Source of the DNA: Clostridia bacterium
Lineage (GTDB): Bacteria > Bacillota > Clostridia > Christensenellales > CAG-1252
DNA: 64,000 nt
Assembly: GCA_017394805.1 (NCBI GenBank)
Contig: JAFPXC010000007.1
Location: 1,093 to 65,092, forward strand
Reading direction: 5' to 3'
The position numbers and the translations under genes are program-made. The notes below the pieces were generated by a model that was given only the letters and a program-made list of their open reading frames with translations, was not told the DNA's origin and made no database searches. Position 1 is the stretch's first letter, and each line of letters begins with the position of its first letter. Below, in pieces: positions 43,967 through 53,377 of the stretch.

Positions 43967-44101
43967 ATTGTTTGCGACTTTTGTAATTTATCCGTGTAGG
44001 AGCGGCTGGACAGTTGTTTTCCACCGACTGTCCTCCTATGTTGGGTTAATTATCGAAGATAAATTCAACAAAATTTTACAAGGAGAAATGGAGGTAATTT
44101 A

Positions 44102-44479
44102 ATGGCTCGTATATCCGGTGTTGACTTGCCGAGAGAGAAAAGAGTAGAGATTGGTTTAACCTACATCTACGGCATTGGCTTAGCAACTTCAAAGAAGATA
44201 TTACAAGAAACCGGGATTGATCCCGACATTCGGGTGAAAGACCTGACCGAAGCGCACGTGTCCGCCATTCGTGAGTACATCGAGAACCCCGACAACCACA
44301 TCGTGGTCGAGGGCGACCTGAAGCGTCAAATCGATATGGACATCAAGCGTTTGAGAGAAATCGGCTGCTATCGTGGCTTGCGTCACCGCAAAGGTTTGCC
44401 CGTTCGCGGACAAAGCAGCAAGCGTAATGCGCGTACCCGCAAAGGTCCGCGTCGTATCGTGAGTCGTTCCAAGAAATAG
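44102..44479 (+). CDS. rpsM: 30S ribosomal protein S13
   Basis: [18 protein letters not shown]. Confidence 0.97.
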   Translation: MARISGVDLPREKRVEIGLTYIYGIGLATSKKILQETGIDPDIRVKDLTEAHVSAIREYIENPDNHIVVEGDLKRQIDMDIKRLREIGCYRGLRHRKGLPVRGQSSKRNARTRKGPRRIVSRSKK

Positions 44480-44489
44480 GAGGTAGCGT

Positions 44490-44882
44490 ATGGCAGCAAA
44501 GAAGAAAGTCGTTACGAAACGCAAAGATAAAATTCGTGTAGAGAAAGGACAATGTCACATTCAATGTTCCTTCAACAACACCATAGTCACCTTTACCGAT
44601 ATGCAAGGTAATACCATCAGTTGGTGCTCTGCCGGCAAGCTCGAATACAAAGGCAGCAAGAAGAGCACGCCCTACGTCGCGCAACAAGTGGCGGAGACCG
44701 CCGCCGACGTGGCCAAGGATTGTGGTATGAAATACGTAGAGGTTTACGTCAAGGGCCCCGGCCAAGGCCGTGAGAGCGCGATCCGCGCGTTGGGCAACAA
44801 GGACATGATCGTCACTTTGATCAAGGACGTCTCTCCCATCCCCCACAACGGTTGCCGTCCCCCCAAGCGTAGAAGACTGTAG
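44490..44882 (+). CDS. rpsK: 30S ribosomal protein S11
   Basis: [19 protein letters not shown]. Confidence 0.97.
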   Translation: MAAKKKVVTKRKDKIRVEKGQCHIQCSFNNTIVTFTDMQGNTISWCSAGKLEYKGSKKSTPYVAQQVAETAADVAKDCGMKYVEVYVKGPGQGRESAIRALGNKDMIVTLIKDVSPIPHNGCRPPKRRRL

Positions 44883-44899
44883 TTTAAGGAGGTAAATGT

Positions 44900-45559
44900 A
44901 TGGCGAAATATACAGGTCCCAGTTGCCGCCTTTGCCGTCGCGAAGGTGCCAAACTGTTTTTGAAAGGCGACAGATGTTACAACAAAGCCCAAGACGGCAC
45001 GACCAAGGCGTTGTGCCCCTTCGACAAAGGCGAGAAGGTCACCCCTCCGGGTCCCCAACGCAACGGCAGAAGGAAAGTCAGCGGATACCAACAACAATTG
45101 CGTGAGAAGCAAAAGGTCAAACGTATCTACGGCATCTTGGAAAAACAATTCTATATGTACTACGAAAAGGCCGAAAAGATGAAGGGCGTCACGGGCGAAA
45201 ACATGCTCATCCTCATCGAGCGCCGCTTGGACAACGTCGTATACCGCATGGGTATCGCCGTCAGCCGCGCGCAGGCCAGACAACTTGTTTGCCACGGTCA
45301 CATCACCGTCAACGGCAGCAAGGTGGATATTCCTTCCTATCTCGTGAAGGCCGGCGACGAAATCGCCGTCAAAGCCGAGAAAGCCGACAACACTTTCTTT
45401 ACGGCCCTCAAAGACGCACCCATCAACGTGGACGTGCAACCCAAGTGGGTCACGTTCGACAGAGCGACTTTGAAAGGTGAAGTAGTGGCGTTGCCCACAA
45501 GAGAGGATATAGATTCGAGCATCAAGGAGCATATGATCGTCGAGCTGTACTCCAAGTAA
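44900..45559 (+). CDS. rpsD: 30S ribosomal protein S4 (Zn-binding type)
   Basis: [24 protein letters not shown]. Confidence 0.97.
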   Translation: MAKYTGPSCRLCRREGAKLFLKGDRCYNKAQDGTTKALCPFDKGEKVTPPGPQRNGRRKVSGYQQQLREKQKVKRIYGILEKQFYMYYEKAEKMKGVTGENMLILIERRLDNVVYRMGIAVSRAQARQLVCHGHITVNGSKVDIPSYLVKAGDEIAVKAEKADNTFFTALKDAPINVDVQPKWVTFDRATLKGEVVALPTREDIDSSIKEHMIVELYSK

Positions 45560-45579
45560 TCAGAACTAGGAGGTAGGAT

Positions 45580-46536
45580 ATGATAGAAATTAAAAAACCC
45601 CAAATCGATACCGAAGAAAGCAAAGACGGAAGTCGTGGCAAGTTTACGGTAGAGCCCCTCGAGAGAGGTTTGGGCACCACGTTGGGTAATGCATTGCGTC
45701 GTATCTTGTTGGGGGCTATGCCCGGCACCGCCGCAGTCGGCATCAAGATCGACGGCGTGCAACACGAGTTCTCCACCATTCCCAACGTCGTCGAGGATGT
45801 CGTTGAAATCATTCTCAACATCAAGAAGATCGCGTTCAAGGCGCTGTCTCCCATCGACAACGAGAACAAACCCGTCGTTCGCTTGCAAAAGTTCACGGCA
45901 GGTCCCGTGTACGCGAGAGATATCGAATGCGGGCTCGAATTGGAGATCCTCAATCCCGATCAATACATCTGTTCTATCGACGAGGGCGGTTCCGTCAACA
46001 TGGAATTGACCATCGGTTCGGGCAGAGGTTACGTGACGGCCGACAAGAACAAAGATCCCCGTCAACCCATCGGCTACATTCCCATCGACAGCATCTACAC
46101 CCCCGTGGTGGCCACCAACTACACGGTGGAAGACACCCGTATCGGTCAGAGCCTCGACTACGACAAGTTGGTCGTGGAATTGACCACCGACGGCACCACC
46201 TCGGCCCGTGAGGTCATCAGCCTCGCCGCCAAGATCCTGGAAGACCACGCCAAGTTGTTCGTGGATCTGTCCAGCGATATGGACAAGGTGAGCGTGCTGG
46301 TCAACCAAGAGGAAGACACCCAGCAACGCGTGTTGGAAATGACCATCGAGGATTTGGATTTGTCCGTGCGTAGCTACAACTGCTTGAAACGCGCAGGCAT
46401 TCATACGGTAGAGGATTTGACGAAGAAATCGTCTGACGAAATGCTCAAGGTGCGCAACCTCGGCAAGAAGTCTTTGGACGAAGTTATCAAGAAATTGGAG
46501 GACCTCGGTCTGAGTTTGAAAAACAACGACGAGTAA
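45580..46536 (+). CDS. rpoA: RNA polymerase alpha subunit
   Basis: EPLERGLGTTLGNALRRILL, LSVRSYNCLKRAG. Confidence 0.98.
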   Translation: MIEIKKPQIDTEESKDGSRGKFTVEPLERGLGTTLGNALRRILLGAMPGTAAVGIKIDGVQHEFSTIPNVVEDVVEIILNIKKIAFKALSPIDNENKPVVRLQKFTAGPVYARDIECGLELEILNPDQYICSIDEGGSVNMELTIGSGRGYVTADKNKDPRQPIGYIPIDSIYTPVVATNYTVEDTRIGQSLDYDKLVVELTTDGTTSAREVISLAAKILEDHAKLFVDLSSDMDKVSVLVNQEEDTQQRVLEMTIEDLDLSVRSYNCLKRAGIHTVEDLTKKSSDEMLKVRNLGKKSLDEVIKKLEDLGLSLKNNDE

Positions 46537-46549
46537 GGAGGCACTAAGA

Positions 46550-47056
46550 ATGGCAAGAAAATTAGGTAAACCTACAGATCAAAGAATGGCTATGCTCAAA
46601 GGTCAGGTCACCGACCTTCTGTGGTATGGCAAAATCGAAACGACCGCCCCCCGCGGCAAGGACGTTCAGCGCATGGCCGAAAAGTTGTTGACCTTGGCGA
46701 TCAACACCTATCGTGACACCGTGGAAGTCACCAAGACCGTCAAGAATGCCAAAGGCGAGTTGGTCGAGCAGAAGTTCGTCAACGACGGCGTCAAGAAATT
46801 GGCCGCCCGCCGCAAATTGATGGCGGAACTCTACGACGTGCAAGAGCGCAAAGAGTACGACGAGTCCAAGACCGCCTACAAGGCGCGTATCCGCGACATC
46901 AAGCACCCCTTGATCGAAAAGATCTTCAACGTGTACGCCAAGAAATACGACGCACGCAACCAAGAGAGCGGTCAAGCCGGCGGTTATACCCGCATCCTTC
47001 GTTTGGGCAACCGTCGCGGCGACGACGCGGAAGTCGTCATCGTCGAATTGGTCTAA
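46550..47056 (+). CDS. rplQ: 50S ribosomal protein L17 (with insertions)
   Basis: RKLG...R.AML, GKIETT, GGYTRI..RRGDDAE. Confidence 0.95.
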   Translation: MARKLGKPTDQRMAMLKGQVTDLLWYGKIETTAPRGKDVQRMAEKLLTLAINTYRDTVEVTKTVKNAKGELVEQKFVNDGVKKLAARRKLMAELYDVQERKEYDESKTAYKARIRDIKHPLIEKIFNVYAKKYDARNQESGQAGGYTRILRLGNRRGDDAEVVIVELV

Positions 47057-47073
47057 TCGACCGTAAGACAACC

Positions 47074-47110
47074 AAAAGGCGTTGGGAATGCCCTTCCCGA
47101 CGCCTTTTTT
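47074..47110 (+). terminator. terminator of the alpha operon
   Basis: AAAAGGCGTTGGGAA/TTCCCGACGCCTTTT stem + T run. Confidence 0.88.
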
Positions 47111-47203
47111 CGTGTCCGAACGCTGCGTCGATTCGATATCGCACGGGCGGCATGGCGGCGCTACAGCGGTTTCCTTTCCCAAAGGGAAATTGTAAAATGC
47201 GTA

Positions 47204-47232
47204 TTGACAAACGGGCCGAAATGGCGTACAAT
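47204..47232 (+). promoter_or_regulatory. sigmaA promoter of the large lipoprotein gene
   Basis: TTGACA-N17-TACAAT. Confidence 0.75.
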
Positions 47233-47274
47233 GAAAATGGCACGGTATCGTGCAATCTTTAAGGAGGATAGTTT

Positions 47275-50200
47275 ATGAAGAAAATACTCATAACCATTAT
47301 TGCCGTGTTGCTGGTAGTCGTAATGAGCGTTACGTTGTTTGCCTGTAAAGACAAGAACAATCAAAACAACAATCAGCAGACCACCGACGACGACAACACG
47401 GGTAAAAAGCCCACGAACGGCGACAAAACGCCCGCTACGACCGGCAAGGCATTGACGGTAGAGGAGTTGGGCGACAGAGAGGCGGACGTCAACCTGTTGC
47501 TCATCTATGCCGACCAATACCTGACCAACGAGGCCATCGAGTCGGCGGACAATACCACCGGTCTCCAAGCGGCTTTGCAGGCACAGGCCGACCGCATGAA
47601 GGGCGACATCAAAAAGGTTACCGCCAAATTGGAAGCCGACGGTGCCTATAGCCTGACCTTCACTTTCAACAACAAGGACACCTACAGCTATCATGCCGAG
47701 GGTGAATTGGTGGCGCGCGCCGCCGAGCCCGGCGTCTATGCCGGCTACGAAATGGGTACGGGCACGGCCGCTTTCGAGTCTTCGTTGGCCGAAGTGTACA
47801 ACGCATTCTTGCGTACCGTGAAGAAGGCCCTCGAGGAAGGCGAAGCGTTCGGCAACGACTATAAAGAGTCCGCTATCAATGGCGAGAAGACTCGTACCGG
47901 TTATACCTTCGGCGGTAGCGTAGAGGGTGCTTTCACCTTCAACTACGGCGTTGGTGAAAACCAAATCGGCCCCATGAGCTACGGTCTCAAAGTGTACGGC
48001 ACGTTGGGCTATTTGGCCGAGGATACCGAGGTGGCCATCGAGGTCATCGACGAGTTGGCCGATGATATCTTGGTGGGCTTGTACTACAAAGACGCCACCT
48101 TGTTCCTGAGCCTCAACTTCGGTGAGTATGAGCAGAAAGTGTACCTCGACAACGCCGATATCAACGCCATCGTGGGCGCCATCCTCGGCGACGTCTTCGC
48201 CGACGAGTGCGAGCATGCCTACGAGGACGGCTACTGCACCAAGTGCGGCAAGGTCCAACCCGAAGAGGCCGAGGGCGAGCCCTTCTATATGCACGCGCCC
48301 AATTATACCAAGATTTCGGCGGCGTTGACCGATTTGACCAACGGCAACTCCATGGTCGGTACGATCGTCAGGATCGTCGATCCTTTGTTGACCAGCCGTT
48401 CCACCGCCATCACGGGCGGCACCCGCTATCAATATCAAATCGACCTGGACGCCTTGTTCAAGAACTTGTTGGGTAACCCCGTGATCGGCCCCATCTTTGC
48501 CGGCGCGGCCAACCCCATCATCGAGTCCATCTTCCCCAACCTCGACTTGGATAGCTTCCAAGGCATCGGCGGTGCGTTGACGTTGAGCTTCGACGTGATG
48601 GGCACCAAAAACGCCACCTTGGGCGGCGTGCAAGTCGCCTACAACGTAGCGCAAAAGGACTTCCGCTGGAACAAGAACGACGACGAGAAGAAGTTGTACG
48701 GTCCCGTCAACGCGGCCATCACCATTAGCGACTTTGCCATCGACAACGAGATCGGCGTGGAAGCCGCCAAGGTCAACAAGAGCAAGTACACTTACTTCAG
48801 CCCGATGAACGGCGAGATCACGGCGGATATCACCTATACGGATAAGGTTGACGCCGAGTCCGAACTCAACGGCGACTACAAGTTGATCGCTCGTGCCGAG
48901 TTCAATCCCTTCACCCTGTTCGCCGGTGACGAAACCCGCGACGGTGCGGCCGAGATCATCCTCAACAAAGCGAACGGTGACGCTTTCGCTCACGTGTATA
49001 TCCACGACTTCACCTGCGTGGAGGGCGCGTGGGACAGCACCGTGACCGTCTATTACGACGGCACCTACTACGAGACCAAAGCCAGCCAGTCCGACTTCTT
49101 CCGGAAGACCTTTGCGGAGTTCATTCTGCCTTTGGTTGCGCGTGACACCGACAGCAATCTGGCTCCCATCAGCGACTATGTGTGGGAACTCATCGATCAA
49201 TTCCACAAGGATTACACCGCTGACGACCTCGCCGCGGACGTTGCTGCCGCTAAGGAGGAAATCAATAAACTCGCGGTGACTAAGCACGCTTACAACGTCA
49301 CCAAAGACGACAAGGGCAACGAGGTCAAAGAAGACCTGGGCGTGATGTCTTCCAGCACGTGGTTGGACGCCATTAAGGCCAACGCCATCGCCGACATCGA
49401 CGCCGCCGTCGCCGAGGTTGCGGATACCGACGAGGCCCGCAAAGCCGCCAAGAAAGAAGTTGACAAGATCGTCAAAGAAGCCAAGAGCGACTACAACGCG
49501 CAACTCAAGTTGGAAGGCAAGAACGACTCTCTCTTCGAGGGCTTCAACCTCATCGCGTTGGTCAGCAACGCCAAAGATCTGCTCGGTCTGTTCGTTACCG
49601 ACGGTCAACCCACCGACGCCAAAGTGTTCGATTACAAACTCGACCTGAACGATCTGCAACTCCACGCCGACCTCGACTACAAGGTCTACAACAAGGTCAT
49701 CAAGGTGTTGCAAGCGGCCATTCCCAAACTCGAAGAGTTTGATAGTGACGCCGCCACCGTCAAGGTGGAGATGAACACCAAGGGCTACGAAGGCAAACTG
49801 TGGGTCAACGTCGAATATAAGGGTTACGTCGTAGACGTCACCATCGACATCAAGGATTGCATCGAGACCGTCGAAAGCGAGGAGGGATTCTCCTGGAAGT
49901 TGGCGTCCACTTGCGATATGTCCGCCGACATCGCCATCACCACGCCCGAGACCAAGTACTTCTACGCCGTGACCGCTGCGTTTGAGAATTGGGATAAAGA
50001 CGGCGGCAAGATCACCGTCATCTTCAAAGAGAGCGACGGCGAGAGAGTCACCGCGGCCAACGACGAATTCGTCAAGATGGTCATTACGCAAGACTGGAAC
50101 AGAGAGGAGTACGTCGGCTTCGACGTCGAATTGACCTTGCGTTCGCGCAATCCCGAGACCGGCGCCCTTAACGAAGCGCACGTCTACAACATCTCCGGCA

Positions 50201-50544
50201 AGCACGAAGAGGGTATGTACGTCCTCGACATCGACGAGTGCGGCATCACCTTGGGCATCGGCAACTTCGCGGGCGGCATCGACAAGCGCAACACCTTGTC
50301 CTTCGGTATCCCCGCGCCCTGGTGCAACTTCTCCTTCCGCTTCGGCGGCGCGATGAGCGACGCGCAATTCGACGTCACCAACCTCAAGATCGCCAAGTGG
50401 GGCACCGATGACGTGGAGATCGAGGGCATCGACACCACGGGTAAAGAGGTCGTCCGCAATACGGTCGACGTCAAAGCCATGGACAACGCTTTGTACGACG
50501 TGGTGGTTGACCTCTGCGAGGGCTTCTTCTACGACCTCAAGTAA
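47275..50544 (+). CDS. large acidic lipoprotein of unknown function
   Basis: type II signal peptide with lipobox LFA-C24, N/Q/T/D-rich linker; RBS AAGGAGG; 1089 aa. Confidence 0.85.
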   Translation: MKKILITIIAVLLVVVMSVTLFACKDKNNQNNNQQTTDDDNTGKKPTNGDKTPATTGKALTVEELGDREADVNLLLIYADQYLTNEAIESADNTTGLQAALQAQADRMKGDIKKVTAKLEADGAYSLTFTFNNKDTYSYHAEGELVARAAEPGVYAGYEMGTGTAAFESSLAEVYNAFLRTVKKALEEGEAFGNDYKESAINGEKTRTGYTFGGSVEGAFTFNYGVGENQIGPMSYGLKVYGTLGYLAEDTEVAIEVIDELADDILVGLYYKDATLFLSLNFGEYEQKVYLDNADINAIVGAILGDVFADECEHAYEDGYCTKCGKVQPEEAEGEPFYMHAPNYTKISAALTDLTNGNSMVGTIVRIVDPLLTSRSTAITGGTRYQYQIDLDALFKNLLGNPVIGPIFAGAANPIIESIFPNLDLDSFQGIGGALTLSFDVMGTKNATLGGVQVAYNVAQKDFRWNKNDDEKKLYGPVNAAITISDFAIDNEIGVEAAKVNKSKYTYFSPMNGEITADITYTDKVDAESELNGDYKLIARAEFNPFTLFAGDETRDGAAEIILNKANGDAFAHVYIHDFTCVEGAWDSTVTVYYDGTYYETKASQSDFFRKTFAEFILPLVARDTDSNLAPISDYVWELIDQFHKDYTADDLAADVAAAKEEINKLAVTKHAYNVTKDDKGNEVKEDLGVMSSSTWLDAIKANAIADIDAAVAEVADTDEARKAAKKEVDKIVKEAKSDYNAQLKLEGKNDSLFEGFNLIALVSNAKDLLGLFVTDGQPTDAKVFDYKLDLNDLQLHADLDYKVYNKVIKVLQAAIPKLEEFDSDAATVKVEMNTKGYEGKLWVNVEYKGYVVDVTIDIKDCIETVESEEGFSWKLASTCDMSADIAITTPETKYFYAVTAAFENWDKDGGKITVIFKESDGERVTAANDEFVKMVITQDWNREEYVGFDVELTLRSRNPETGALNEAHVYNISGKHEEGMYVLDIDECGITLGIGNFAGGIDKRNTLSFGIPAPWCNFSFRFGGAMSDAQFDVTNLKIAKWGTDDVEIEGIDTTGKEVVRNTVDVKAMDNALYDVVVDLCEGFFYDLK

Positions 50545-50599
50545 GCAAACGACAACGAGCGATCGAGCGCATTGCTTGGTCGCCAACACAACGAAAAGC

Positions 50600-50638
50600 G
50601 AGGGCATTCGGATCTTCCGAACGCCCTCATTCTTTTTT
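50600..50638 (+). terminator. terminator after the lipoprotein gene
   Basis: GAGGGC-A-TTCGGA/TCCGAA-C-GCCCTC + T6. Confidence 0.8.
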
Positions 50639-50704
50639 ACGCGCCGCGTTGCCAAGCGCGGCGATTGCCGCGGATAGCGTATCGCGCCGCGTTGCGGCAT
50701 AATA

Positions 50705-50737
50705 CGGGGGAGGTCGGCGTTTGCCAAACCTCCCCCG
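50705..50737 (-). terminator. hairpin/terminator after the small Cys-rich gene
   Basis: 10-bp stem CGGGGGAGGT/ACCTCCCCCG right after the stop; weak U-tract. Confidence 0.6.
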
Positions 50738-50742
50738 GTTGA

Positions 50743-50904
50743 TTATTTGCCGCAGCCGCAGTTGTGGCCGAACATTTTGGGCCCGTTGTTGCATCCGCCG
50801 CAGCACTCCAAAATGAGCAGCAGGGGCAGAATGTCGCAGAGATTGTTGCCGCAGCAACAAACGAGCAAAATGATCCACAGATAGTTGTCGCCGAAATTCA
50901 TCAT
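50743..50904 (-). CDS. small Cys-rich hydrophobic protein, 53 aa (not in ORF track)
   Basis: MMNFGDNYLWIILLVCCCGNNLCDILPLLLILECCGGCNNGPKMFGHNCGCGK; GGGAGGT RBS 7 nt upstream; downstream hairpin. Confidence 0.8.
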   Translation of the reverse strand: MMNFGDNYLWIILLVCCCGNNLCDILPLLLILECCGGCNNGPKMFGHNCGCGK

Positions 50905-51024
50905 AATATGTACCTCCCAATACTTATGTACGACGGGTTTTCCCCGTTTCTACTACAGCCTATGCCGAGGACTTGTCGGTGGTGACAATAATCCAACGTC
51001 GCGGGGAGAAATATCGCTAACGCA

Positions 51025-51137
51025 AGGAGAAATCCGCTCGCGGTTCGAGCGGATTTCACCCAAGGCTATGCCTTGGATTTCTCCCAACGAAGTTGGATTT
51101 CATCCCAAAGTGTCGCCTTGGATTTCTCCTTCCAACG
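51025..51137. repeat. array of short hairpins punctuated by GGATTTC (REP/BIME-like)
   Basis: GGATTTC at 51051, 51075, 51095, 51120; 12-bp perfect stem at 51029-51057. Confidence 0.75.
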
Positions 51138-51153
51138 TATATATCGCGTTTGC

Positions 51154-51183
51154 TTGACAAACGGACGGGGCCTGGTCTATTAT
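51154..51183 (+). promoter_or_regulatory. sigmaA promoter of the glyQS operon
   Basis: TTGACA-N18-TATTAT. Confidence 0.6.
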
Positions 51184-51213
51184 GGTTGTATCATAGATAC
51201 AAGAGGATTGATT

Positions 51214-52593
51214 ATGTCGAAAAAATGTTTGACTATGGACAAATTGGTATCGCATTGCAAGACCGTCGGCTTCGTATATCCCGGCTCGGATATTTACGGC
51301 GGTTTGGCCAACACCTGGGACTACGGCCCTTTGGGCGTGGAGCTCAAAAACAACGTCAAGCGCTCCTGGTGGAAGCGTTTTGTGCAGGAGAGCGCCAACA
51401 GTTACGGCGTGGACGCCGCCATCCTGATGAACAGCAGGGTGTGGGACGCTTCGGGGCACACGGCTTCCTTCTCGGATCCCAAGATGGACTGCAAGGAGTG
51501 CAAAACGCGCTATAGAGCGGACAACCTCATCGAGGAGCACAGCAAGGGCGCGGTCAATCCCGACCTCATGACCAACGAGGAGATGGAGGCCTATATCGAG
51601 GAGCATCACATCAACTGCCCCCGTTGCGGCAAGCACAACTGGACGCCCATTCGCCAATTCAATATGATGTTTTCCACTTCCCGCGGCGTGACCGACGAGG
51701 GCCAGGACCTCATCTATTTGCGTCCCGAGACCGCGCAGGGCGAGTTCGTCAACTTCCTCAACGTACAGCGCACCACCCGCGCCAAAGTGCCTTTCGGCAT
51801 CGCGCAGATCGGCAAGTCTTTCCGCAACGAGATCACTCCCGGCAACTTCATCTTCCGCACCATCGAATTCGAGCAGATGGAGCATCAATGGTTCTGCCAC
51901 GCCGCCGACAGCGAGAAGTACTACAACGAGTACAAGCAAAAGGCGTGGGACTATTTGGTCGATCTCGGCTTCGACCCCGCCGAGCTTCGTTTCAAAGACC
52001 ACGACAAGCTGGCGCACTATGCGGCGGCCGCTTGCGACATTCAATATCTCTTCCCCATCGGTTGGAGCGAGTTGAACGGCGTACACAACCGCACGGACTA
52101 CGACCTCTCCCGCCACCAGGAGTACAGCGGCAAGAGTATGCAATACCTCGATCCTGCCACGGGCGAGCGCTTTATCCCCAGCGTAGTGGAGTACAGTATC
52201 GGTTGCGACCGTTTGCTGTTGGCCGCGCTTTGCGCCGCCTACGACGAGGAGCAGTTGGAGGGCGGCGATACCCGCGTCGTCATGCACTTCCATCCCTACC
52301 TCGCGCCCTACAAAGTGGCCGTGCTGCCCTTGCAGAAGAATTTGGGCGACAAAGCGCGCGAGGTGTACAATATGCTCACCAAGCACTTTATGTGCACCTA
52401 CGACGAGGCGGGCTCCATCGGCAAGCGCTATCGTCGTCAGGACCAAATCGGCACGCCCATGTGCGTCACGATAGATTTCGACACCTTGGAACAAGACACC
52501 GTCACCGTGCGTGACCGCGACACTATGGAACAAATTCGTTTGCCTATCGGCGAATTGACGGCCTATGTCGCCGGCAAGGTGGAGTTCAACTGA
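51214..52593 (+). CDS. glyQS: glycine--tRNA ligase, homodimeric (alpha2) type
   Basis: WDYGPLGVELK, YLRPETAQG, GKSFRNEITPGNFIFR, SIGKRYRRQD. Confidence 0.95.
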   Translation: MSKKCLTMDKLVSHCKTVGFVYPGSDIYGGLANTWDYGPLGVELKNNVKRSWWKRFVQESANSYGVDAAILMNSRVWDASGHTASFSDPKMDCKECKTRYRADNLIEEHSKGAVNPDLMTNEEMEAYIEEHHINCPRCGKHNWTPIRQFNMMFSTSRGVTDEGQDLIYLRPETAQGEFVNFLNVQRTTRAKVPFGIAQIGKSFRNEITPGNFIFRTIEFEQMEHQWFCHAADSEKYYNEYKQKAWDYLVDLGFDPAELRFKDHDKLAHYAAAACDIQYLFPIGWSELNGVHNRTDYDLSRHQEYSGKSMQYLDPATGERFIPSVVEYSIGCDRLLLAALCAAYDEEQLEGGDTRVVMHFHPYLAPYKVAVLPLQKNLGDKAREVYNMLTKHFMCTYDEAGSIGKRYRRQDQIGTPMCVTIDFDTLEQDTVTVRDRDTMEQIRLPIGELTAYVAGKVEFN

Positions 52594-52594
52594 G

Positions 52595-53377
52595 ATGAGT
52601 GCCAAGGTCTGTGTGTTAGCAAGCGGTAGCAAAGGGAATTGCACCTACGTTTCGGACGGTGTTACCCACATCCTTATCGACGCGGGGCTTTCTTGTCGTC
52701 GTACCGAGCAGGCGTTGTCCGCCCTCGGCGTCGGCCTTGCCGACATCAACGCCATACTGATCACGCACGAACACATCGACCACACGTATGGCTTGGTCGC
52801 CATCGAGCGCAAATTTCATACGCCCGTATTGGCCAATCGTCCCACCGCGTACAGCGTGGACATCAAGCTCACCACCGGCATTTCGCATTTTTGCAAGGAC
52901 CACTTCGACACGGGCTTTCAATGCGGCACCATCGGCGTGACGCCGTTCCGCATTATGCACGACGCCGTGTGCCCCGTGGGGTACGCCCTCACGGTGGGCG
53001 GCCATCGCGTCGCCTACGTCACCGACTTGGGCGAAGTGACCGACGGCGTAAGGCAAAACGTGTTGGGCAGCGAGTTGGTCATATTGGAGTCCAATCACGA
53101 CCTCGAAATGCTGGCCACCGGCTCCTATCCCCCCGACTTGCAAGCGCGCATTCGCGGCAAGAACGGGCATCTCAGCAACGACCAAAGCGCCGAGTTCGTC
53201 AAAGAATTGGTCGCGTCGGGCGTCAAATACGTCGTTTTGGCGCATTTGAGCGAGGAGAACAACACGCCCTCGTTGGCGCTCAAAACCTCGCAGTCCGCGT
53301 TCGGCACCACGGGCGCCGCGGGCGTCAAGTGGATCGTCGCTTCGCAATCGGCTCCCACCGAGGTCATCGAGTTATGA
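52595..53377 (+). CDS. MBL-fold hydrolase (YycJ/WalJ family)
   Basis: LASGSKGN, THEHIDH, HDA, LESNHD, GHLSN. Confidence 0.88.
   Translation: MSAKVCVLASGSKGNCTYVSDGVTHILIDAGLSCRRTEQALSALGVGLADINAILITHEHIDHTYGLVAIERKFHTPVLANRPTAYSVDIKLTTGISHFCKDHFDTGFQCGTIGVTPFRIMHDAVCPVGYALTVGGHRVAYVTDLGEVTDGVRQNVLGSELVILESNHDLEMLATGSYPPDLQARIRGKNGHLSNDQSAEFVKELVASGVKYVVLAHLSEENNTPSLALKTSQSAFGTTGAAGVKWIVASQSAPTEVIEL

Noticed and set aside
44231-44233. CGG codon reassignment (reported in some Bacillota), prompted by the A37/C38 anticodon loop of tRNA-Arg(CCG)
   Set aside because: CGG encodes the conserved Arg in S13 (DIRVKDL), the tRNA keeps the Arg identity element A20, and the genome is GC-rich.
50641-50698. 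GCGCCGCGTTGC repeated twice with local hairpins
   Set aside because: Short, GC-rich and between converging terminators; cannot be told apart from chance or terminator-associated sequence.
47161-50727. 1188-aa minus-strand ORF and many other long antisense ORFs (e.g. 4925-6301, 13370-15172, 26286-28151, 51100-52644)
   Set aside because: Shadow ORFs opposite well-supported genes. High GC and strong codon bias remove stops in the antisense frame; there are no RBSs or family motifs.
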